In this document: positions 57,789-64,000 of the stretch, one piece after another
Position numbering within the stretch: the stretch's first letter is position 1
How the letters are laid out: every line of letters starts with the position of its first letter
Virus record (IMG/VR): IMGVR_UViG_3300043786_001086
Strand: one strand, 5' to 3'
Length of the DNA stretch: 64,000 nt
DNA from: a virus
Taxonomy: Duplodnaviria; Caudoviricetes
Notes under the pieces: generated by a model
The model's database searches: none
The model's input: only the letters and a program-made list of their open reading frames with translations
What the model was told of the DNA's origin: nothing
Position numbers and translations under genes: made by a program

Positions 57789-58523
57789 TTATTGTTTCAT
57801 TGATAGTTTTTTATCTAAAATTTCGTTAGAAGAGTTTCGTAGTTTTTCTAAATAACCATTTCTTCTCAATATTTTAAATACCAAATTTTCCGAAGAATAT
57901 TCTCCGTTTTTTTGAAGTCCACACGTTCTAAATTTCCTTAACTTCTCTTTATATTTTTCAATTAAAGATTTGGCAACATCCACATCTTCATCTTTGATGT
58001 TTTCTAATACACTATCAATTATTTCCATCCATTGTTTTGCCTTCCTTTCAACGGTAGGTTTGTCTATTTTGACATCTTCTTTTTTAGGTTTGTTTTGCCA
58101 ATCATCATAAAGTAATGAATAGACTCCAGTAGAGAAATGGGCATCTTCCTCACCCTCAACATAAAGTTCGGTTTCATAACCAAAAAGAGTTATATCGTGA
58201 TTATTGTTAAATAACACTTTTTTCAAGTTAAATAACTCTTTATATAATTCCACATTTGAAGTGGGAAATTGATTATAATTTACTATAATGTGAATATCAA
58301 AGTCAGAATATTTTGACCAGTTGTAGTTTGCCAAAGAACCTGTTAAAACAATATCTGTCACCAAAATTTCAACACCAATAAAATCTAAAAATTGATTTGC
58401 AATTTCTAATAAACGTTCTCTAACCTCAGGTTTCATAGAATAAAAAGTTTTCTCTTTATTCCATATTTTGGGATTTAACTCGTCTTGTTGTTCGAAAGAC
58501 TTTAGAATGTTTTTGTATTCCAT
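57789..58523 (-). CDS. Pol-beta-superfamily nucleotidyltransferase
   Basis: LTGSLANYNWSKYSDFDIH (GS...DxD) and third acidic residue in ETELYVE. Confidence 0.75.
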   Translation of the reverse strand: MEYKNILKSFEQQDELNPKIWNKEKTFYSMKPEVRERLLEIANQFLDFIGVEILVTDIVLTGSLANYNWSKYSDFDIHIIVNYNQFPTSNVELYKELFNLKKVLFNNNHDITLFGYETELYVEGEEDAHFSTGVYSLLYDDWQNKPKKEDVKIDKPTVERKAKQWMEIIDSVLENIKDEDVDVAKSLIEKYKEKLRKFRTCGLQKNGEYSSENLVFKILRRNGYLEKLRNSSNEILDKKLSMKQ

Positions 58524-58539
58524 ATATATAAATACCCAA

Positions 58540-58785
58540 TCAGATTAGTTTTGTGTATTTATGTATCTTTGAAATGTTTAAATTGAAGTAATTTCCTTGT
58601 GATTGTGCCATTCTAAATTGAGTATATTTTTCATGTGGAATATCCACATACTCATATCTTGCACCGTTTTTAAACTCTGCGATCATTTTTTTTGTTATTG
58701 TATCGTATTGTGTTCTAACAATATTTGAGGATTGGACTTCATTTAAAATTGTAGTCCCACTTATAATTTCACTAGTTATCGCCAT
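58540..58785 (-). CDS. KTSC-domain protein
   Basis: SSNI....YD.......EF.NG..YEY..IP......F..A.S.G.YFN..I. Confidence 0.85.
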   Translation of the reverse strand: MAITSEIISGTTILNEVQSSNIVRTQYDTITKKMIAEFKNGARYEYVDIPHEKYTQFRMAQSQGNYFNLNISKIHKYTKLI

Positions 58786-59080
58786 CTGAATCTTTTAATG
58801 GGGTTATGTCATCTATATGACTGAGTTTATTTATAATATATTTATTAACCTCACTTTTATCAACATCAAAACCATAATCTCTAATTGTTTGTATAATCTC
58901 AGATACTTTAGGATCGAATTTAGAATGTAATTTTAATAAATCTCGTGGAAAGTATCTCGGACTATATAACTCCTCTTGTGTCCAACCTTCTCTTTGAAAA
59001 ATTTTTCTCATTTCAAAATAAATTTCTTCTAAGTCCTTTGTCAATTCCAAACTATCCGCAAATTTTTTCCAAGCTTTCAT
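58772..59080 (-). CDS. Hypothetical protein
   Basis: 102-aa ORF with upstream motif. Confidence 0.65.
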   Translation of the reverse strand: MKAWKKFADSLELTKDLEEIYFEMRKIFQREGWTQEELYSPRYFPRDLLKLHSKFDPKVSEIIQTIRDYGFDVDKSEVNKYIINKLSHIDDITPLKDSDGDN

Positions 59081-59095
59081 AACTATAAATATACG

Positions 59096-59123
59096 AAAAA
59101 AAATCCACCAAAGAGGTGGATTT
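59096..59123 (-). terminator. Intrinsic terminator
   Basis: AAATCCACC-AAAGA-GGTGGATTT with A-run on plus (U-run on minus). Confidence 0.8.
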
Positions 59124-59143
59124 CATAATTTGTGATTTTTGTT

Positions 59144-59599
59144 TTATTTTTGAATTGGTCGCTCTTTAAACCTAACCGTTGCTGGTGCAGGAATGAGTCG
59201 ATTTTGTGGTTGTATTGTTACTTTAATACCTGAAGTACCGGTCATATCTTTTTTACCAACTAATCTTGATAATACTTTTAATCCCGATTCATCAGGCACA
59301 AAAGATCCAATAATGTTTCCCTTATCATCTTTTTTTGACACTGCTTTTGCAGTGCCACTATCCCAATGAACTTGCGAAACTGTGTCAAGGTCATCAGTCA
59401 TACTCCCATCTGTCCCTTTTTGGTTGATAATTTGAAATGTTAATCTAGCATTTGGAATGGCTTTTAAAACACCCTCTTCGTCTTTTTGCGCTGGTATGTC
59501 TATGGTTATTGGTATAATAGTATAAGCTTGTTGCTCACTAATAACTCTTCTTACGATACGAGCTAAATCTGATTCTGTTAATTTTATAATTCTTTTCAT
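59144..59599 (-). CDS. Putative internal head protein
   Basis: N-terminal MKRIIKLTESDLARIVRRVISEQ. Confidence 0.65.
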   Translation of the reverse strand: MKRIIKLTESDLARIVRRVISEQQAYTIIPITIDIPAQKDEEGVLKAIPNARLTFQIINQKGTDGSMTDDLDTVSQVHWDSGTAKAVSKKDDKGNIIGSFVPDESGLKVLSRLVGKKDMTGTSGIKVTIQPQNRLIPAPATVRFKERPIQK

Positions 59600-59623
59600 A
59601 CTTTTTATTTAATAAATATACTT

Positions 59624-59656
59624 AAAAAAAAAAATCACCGATTTCTCGGTGATTTT
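59624..59656 (-). terminator. Intrinsic terminator of dnaK
   Basis: AAAATCACCGA-TTTC-TCGGTGATTTT; GAAA loop on minus RNA, long U-run. Confidence 0.9.
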
Positions 59657-59670
59657 GGTAAAAATTACTT

Positions 59671-61524
59671 TTATTTTACTTCCTCAAACTCCACATTTGT
59701 CACTTCTTCATCGGAACTTGTTTCATTTGACATGCTGTATAATTTTTGACTAATTGATTGAAATTCAGAATTGAGTTCATCTGTAAATTTTTTCACGTCA
59801 TCTATATTTTTATTACTATGTGCAACCTTTAACTTATCAATTTTGGAAGTTATGTTTTGTTTCTCATCTTCAGTAATTTTATCTTCCAAATCTGTTAAAG
59901 ATTTTTCAACTTGGAAAATTAATGAATCCGCAGAATTTAATGTGTCAGCATCTTCTTTTAATTTTTTGTCGGCTTCAGCGTTCATTTCGGCTTCTTCTTT
60001 CATTCTTTGAATTTCTTCTTTTGATAAACCTGATGACGATTCGATTCTGATTGATTGTTGTTTGTTTGTTGCCTTATCTACGGCCGAAACATTAATAATA
60101 CCATTAGCATCAATATCAAAAATAACCTCAATCTGTGGAGTTCCCCTTCTTGCCGGTGGAATACCATCCAAGTTAAACTTTCCAATTGTTTTATTATCCT
60201 TCGCCATTGATCTTTCACCCTGAAGAACATGAATTTCAACTGTAGGTTGATTGTCGGATGCGGTTGAAAATACTTCAGATTTTTTTGTTGGGATTGTTGT
60301 ATTTGCACTAATTAGTTTGGTGAATACTCCCCCCATAGTTTCAATACCTAAAGAAAGTGGTGTAACATCTAATAATAATACATCAGTAACATCACCACCC
60401 AAAACACCACCTTGAATTGCAGCACCTAAAGCAACTACTTCATCAGGATTCACCCCTTTTGACGGATCTTTACCGAAGAATTTTTTAACGGCCTCTTGAA
60501 TGGCGGGAATTCGTGTTGATCCACCCACCAAAATAATCTCATCAATATCACTTGGTTTTAAACCAGCATTTTTTAAAGCAGATTCACACGGTTTAATTGT
60601 TCTTTTTACCAAGTCTTCTGTTAGTTGATCGAATTTTGATTTTGTAATTGTCACAACAAGGTGTTTAGGACCTGATGAGTCTGCCGATAAATATGGAAGA
60701 TTAACCTCTGTTTGTGGAGATGAAGATAATTCGATTTTGGCCTTTTCACCGGCTTCTTTAAGTCTTTGAAGAGCCATTGGATCTTTTGTTGCGTCAATTC
60801 CTGTATTTTGTTTAAATTCAGACGCTAAAAAATCAATAATCACTTGATCGAAGTCATCACCACCTAAATGAGTATCACCATCTGTAGATAATACTTCAAA
60901 TACACCATCACCAAGTTCCAATACAGATACGTCATGTGTTCCACCACCGCAGTCAAATACCACAATTTTCATGTCTCTTGACATTTTATCCAAACCATAC
61001 GCCAAAGCCGCTGCCGTTGGTTCATTAATAATTCTTTTAACATTTAGACCTGCAATTTCACCGGCCTCTTTTGTCGCTTGTCTTTGTGCGTCGTTAAAGT
61101 AAGCAGGAACCGTAATTACAGCATCAGTAACCTTTTCACCCAAGTAGTCTTCGGCGGTTTGTTTCATTTTTTGAAGAATTGCCGCTGAAATTTCTTGTGG
61201 AGAAAAACTTCTATCATCAATTTTAACTTTTGGTGTTTGATTTTCATTTATAATTTCATAAGGAACTTTTGATATTTCACTTTTAGTTTCCTCAAACTTA
61301 CTACCCATAAATCTTTTAATTGAGTAGATCGTTTTATTTGGATTTGTTACGGCCTGACGTTTTGCAGGATCTCCAATCTTTCTTTCCCCATCTTTAATAA
61401 ATCCAACAACAGATGGTGTTGTCCTTTTACCTTCGCTGTTTGTGATTACCACAGGTTCGCGACCTTCCATTACTGCCACGCAAGAATTAGTAGTTCCTAA
61501 ATCTATCCCAATAATTTTTCCCAT
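59671..61524 (-). CDS. dnaK: Molecular chaperone DnaK (Hsp70)
   Basis: Real start ATG 61524 ([15 protein letters not shown]); [30 protein letters not shown]; C-terminus NVEFEEVK is Bacteroidota-like. Confidence 0.98.
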   Translation of the reverse strand: MGKIIGIDLGTTNSCVAVMEGREPVVITNSEGKRTTPSVVGFIKDGERKIGDPAKRQAVTNPNKTIYSIKRFMGSKFEETKSEISKVPYEIINENQTPKVKIDDRSFSPQEISAAILQKMKQTAEDYLGEKVTDAVITVPAYFNDAQRQATKEAGEIAGLNVKRIINEPTAAALAYGLDKMSRDMKIVVFDCGGGTHDVSVLELGDGVFEVLSTDGDTHLGGDDFDQVIIDFLASEFKQNTGIDATKDPMALQRLKEAGEKAKIELSSSPQTEVNLPYLSADSSGPKHLVVTITKSKFDQLTEDLVKRTIKPCESALKNAGLKPSDIDEIILVGGSTRIPAIQEAVKKFFGKDPSKGVNPDEVVALGAAIQGGVLGGDVTDVLLLDVTPLSLGIETMGGVFTKLISANTTIPTKKSEVFSTASDNQPTVEIHVLQGERSMAKDNKTIGKFNLDGIPPARRGTPQIEVIFDIDANGIINVSAVDKATNKQQSIRIESSSGLSKEEIQRMKEEAEMNAEADKKLKEDADTLNSADSLIFQVEKSLTDLEDKITEDEKQNITSKIDKLKVAHSNKNIDDVKKFTDELNSEFQSISQKLYSMSNETSSDEEVTNVEFEEVK

Positions 61525-61607
61525 TTTTTTAATACATTTTGTTTTTAAGTTTATTTTTTCGCCATTGAACACCAATAGTGTGCCATTTTTAGAAAAAATA
61601 AATATAC

Positions 61608-61652
61608 TGACAATTTGTCATATAACAAATAAAAAACCTGACAAGTGTTCAG
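61608..61652. promoter_or_regulatory. Palindromic operator-like sites between divergent dnaK and clpC
   Basis: TGACA-ATT-TGTCA (61608-61620) and CTGACAAGTGTTCAG (61638-61652). Confidence 0.45.
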
Positions 61653-61699
61653 TTATGGACTTTATAAAAAGTTATTTCTATAATTTGAAAAAAAAAGTT

Positions 61700-63742
61700 A
61701 TGTTAGAATTTATGGATGAAGGAAACGACAAATCAAAAAAGAAACCCGACAGCACAACACCTGTTTTGGATAATTTCAGTAAAGATTTAAATAAGTTAGC
61801 ACAAGACGGGAAACTTGATCCTGTAATTGGAAGAAAGAAGGAAATATTGAGAATTGCTCAGATTCTTTCTCGTAGGAAAAAAAATAACCCGATTATTATT
61901 GGAGAACCAGGAGCGGGTAAAACTGCGATCGTTGAGGGTCTTGCGATGATGATTCACGATGGAGAATGTCCAAAAAACCTTATGGATAAAAGAATCGTAT
62001 CTTTAGATATGAATTCTTTGGTTGCAGGAACAAAATACCGTGGTCAGTTTGAAGAAAGAATGAAAGTTATTATTGAGGAATTACAAAACTCACCAAATAT
62101 TATTTTATTTATTGATGAAATTCACACAATAGTTGGAGCAGGGAATAGTTCAGGATCGTTAGACGCTTCAAACATATTTAAACCGGCACTATCAAGAGGT
62201 GAAATCCAATGTATTGGAGCAACAACCTTAGACGAATATCGAACAAACTTTGAAAAAGATGGAGCATTAGAAAGAAGGTTTCAAAAAGTCATCGTAGATC
62301 CTGCAACAAAAGAAGAAACGTTGGAGATTTTAAAGTTGAGTAAATTAAAATATGAGGATCACCATAAAGTTTCATACGACGATGAGACATTAAAAATATT
62401 TGTTGAGTTAGCAGACCGATATATCACAGATCGTGAGTTTCCTGATAAGGCCTTTGATATTTTAGATGAAGTTGGAGCAAGAATGCAAATTGACATTAAA
62501 TTACCAAAGGAAATTGAAGATTTGAAAGAACAAGCAAACCAAATCAAACAAGAAAAATTTAATGTAATTAAAAAACAAAACTACGAACAAGCGGCCGAAT
62601 TACGAGATCGTGAAAGAAGTGTGTTGTCCAAATTAGAAGAAGAAAAAAAGAAATTTGAGGAACACTTAAGAAGTAGTAAAAGAAATATCCCTGAAGAATT
62701 GATTTATGAAGTCGTGTCAAATATGACTAAAATTCCAATCTCAAATATCAACGTCGATGAAAGAAATAGTTTGATTAGTTTGAATTCAAATTTGAATTCC
62801 AAAGTTATCGGTCAAGAAGAGGCGGTCAATAAAATTTCAAAGGCAATCAGAAGAAATCGTATGGGGATCAAAGATCCAAATAAACCAATCGGATCATTTA
62901 TTTTTCTTGGTTCCACCGGAGTTGGAAAAACTTATTTGGCAAAACAATTGGCAAAAGAAATCTTTGGAAGTCCTGATAATATGATTAGAGTTGATATGAG
63001 TGAATATCAAGAAAAACATACAATATCTCGTCTTATTGGATCTCCTCCGGGATATGTTGGACATGATGAGGGTGGTCAATTGACAGAACAAGTTAAAAAC
63101 AAACCATATTCGGTGGTATTATTTGATGAGATCGAAAAGGCACACAAAGACATATTTTCAACTCTTCTTCAATTATTGGATGATGGTCACATTACAGATT
63201 CTTTGGGTCGTAAAATCAACTTCAAAAATTGTTTGATTATTATGACTTCTAACATTGGGGTTAAAAAACTTCAAGACTTCGGAACAGGTGTCGGGTTTAA
63301 AACCACAAAAAGTGATGTTGTTCTAGAAGAAGAAAAACAAGAAGTATTAAAGAAAGAATTAAAGAAGTTTTTTGCTCCTGAATTTTTGAATAGAATTGAT
63401 GATGTAATTATATTTAATAGTTTAGAAAAAAGTCATATTGATCAGATCACAAAACTTGAGGTTGATAAATTGTTAAGTAGAGTTCTAGAAAAACATTATA
63501 TCTTTTCATATAACCAAGATTTAATTGACTTTATATCAAAGGTCGGATTTGATGAAACATTTGGGGCAAGACCTATAAAACGAGCGATTCAAGACAAAAT
63601 TGAAGATTTGATTTCAGAAAAAATATTGATGTCTGAAATTGAGGAGAACGAGGAATATATGTTGGTTGTTGAAAACGACGAAATTATTGTGACAAATAAA
63701 GAAGAAAAACCAAAAAGAAGGGGAAGAAAAAAAACTGAATAA
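61700..63742 (+). CDS. clpC: ClpC-like AAA+ ATPase lacking the N-terminal Clp-repeat domain
   Basis: Start ATG 61700; [17 protein letters not shown]-type M domain ([13 protein letters not shown]), [20 protein letters not shown] ClpP-docking loop. Confidence 0.9.
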   Translation: MLEFMDEGNDKSKKKPDSTTPVLDNFSKDLNKLAQDGKLDPVIGRKKEILRIAQILSRRKKNNPIIIGEPGAGKTAIVEGLAMMIHDGECPKNLMDKRIVSLDMNSLVAGTKYRGQFEERMKVIIEELQNSPNIILFIDEIHTIVGAGNSSGSLDASNIFKPALSRGEIQCIGATTLDEYRTNFEKDGALERRFQKVIVDPATKEETLEILKLSKLKYEDHHKVSYDDETLKIFVELADRYITDREFPDKAFDILDEVGARMQIDIKLPKEIEDLKEQANQIKQEKFNVIKKQNYEQAAELRDRERSVLSKLEEEKKKFEEHLRSSKRNIPEELIYEVVSNMTKIPISNINVDERNSLISLNSNLNSKVIGQEEAVNKISKAIRRNRMGIKDPNKPIGSFIFLGSTGVGKTYLAKQLAKEIFGSPDNMIRVDMSEYQEKHTISRLIGSPPGYVGHDEGGQLTEQVKNKPYSVVLFDEIEKAHKDIFSTLLQLLDDGHITDSLGRKINFKNCLIIMTSNIGVKKLQDFGTGVGFKTTKSDVVLEEEKQEVLKKELKKFFAPEFLNRIDDVIIFNSLEKSHIDQITKLEVDKLLSRVLEKHYIFSYNQDLIDFISKVGFDETFGARPIKRAIQDKIEDLISEKILMSEIEENEEYMLVVENDEIIVTNKEEKPKRRGRKKTE

Positions 63743-63805
63743 AAATATTGATTTAGTTTTTTTATTAGAGAAATTAATTTTACATTTGTAGTATAAATCT
63801 AACAA

Positions 63806-64000
63806 ATGAAAACAATATCAATTTTTATCTTCTTTATTTTCTTTAACAGTTTTGGTCAGACCGTAAATGATCTAATCATTAAAAAAGTTAACCAATACCG
63901 AAAAGAATATGGTCTTACACCATTAAAGTATTCCCCTGAAGCAAAGTTGGCAAATACACAAATGCTTACTTACATGGTTGAGACATCGACGATGCCTTTC
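63806..64000 (+). CDS. Secreted CAP (SCP-like) domain protein, 3'-truncated by window edge
   Basis: MKTISIFIFFIFFNSFG|Q signal peptide then VNQYRKEYGLTPLKYS; TACATTTG promoter-like element at 63781-63788. Not in ORF track. Confidence 0.6.
   Translation, partial: MKTISIFIFFIFFNSFGQTVNDLIIKKVNQYRKEYGLTPLKYSPEAKLANTQMLTYMVETSTMPF

Noticed and set aside
61442-61699. ORF-track N-terminal extensions of clpC (from 61442) and dnaK (from 61575) that overlap each other
   Set aside because: The extensions are non-homologous; conserved sequence begins at ATG 61524 (dnaK) and about 61700 (clpC), leaving a normal divergent intergenic region.
1-64000. Cellular chromosome or NCLDV origin suggested by dnaK, clpC, GME and GT60
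   Set aside because: A complete T4-like head module (gp23, gp21, gp20, gp17), baseplate spike and phage sigma identify a tailed phage; there are no cellular housekeeping operons or NCLDV core genes.
1-64000. tRNA, rRNA, or reverse transcriptase/DGR elements
   Set aside because: No cloverleaf with T-loop/anticodon consensus in the intergenic gaps and no RT motifs seen by eye. A tRNAscan/Infernal run would be needed to be certain.

Overview
This is 64 kb of an AT-rich, T4-like large (jumbo) tailed phage genome read in the standard genetic code. The host is very probably in the Bacteroidota: no Shine-Dalgarno sites, TTTG-N19/20-TAnnTTTG host-type promoters, a Bacteroidota-like DnaK and a phage-encoded ribosomal protein bS21 inside the head module. 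Layout: (1) 1-16.7 kb, Pro/Thr- and Ser/Thr-rich fibre or decoration proteins interleaved with glycan-modifying enzymes (GT60-like polypeptide GlcNAc transferase, carbamoyltransferase, HtrL-like/GT fusion, two DUF2827-like GT-B proteins) and a J-domain protein. (2) 16.7-19.4 kb, small late proteins including a WYL-domain protein. (3) 19.5-34.9 kb, a homing endonuclease followed by a tightly coupled operon of glycosyltransferases, GDP-mannose epimerase, exonuclease, dUTPase, PhoH and a gp55-like sigma factor. (4) 34.9-42.7 kb, baseplate hub and putative virion proteins. (5) 42.8-55 kb, major capsid, scaffold, prohead protease, GIY-YIG endonuclease, bS21, an intein-containing portal and terminase. 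(6) 55-64 kb, putative internal head proteins, a nucleotidyltransferase, a KTSC protein, dnaK and an N-domain-less clpC. Two candidates stand out. First, a minimal ribosomal-bypass (stop-hop) cassette: GGC-TGA-GGT inside a 12-bp GC-rich hairpin in a glycosyltransferase gene, 65 nt downstream of a homing endonuclease, echoing T4 mobA/gene 60. Second, a phage-encoded mucin-type O-glycosylation system acting on its own PT/SLST-repeat virion proteins. All family assignments come from motif recognition by eye, not database searches. No tRNA, rRNA or CRISPR array was found.
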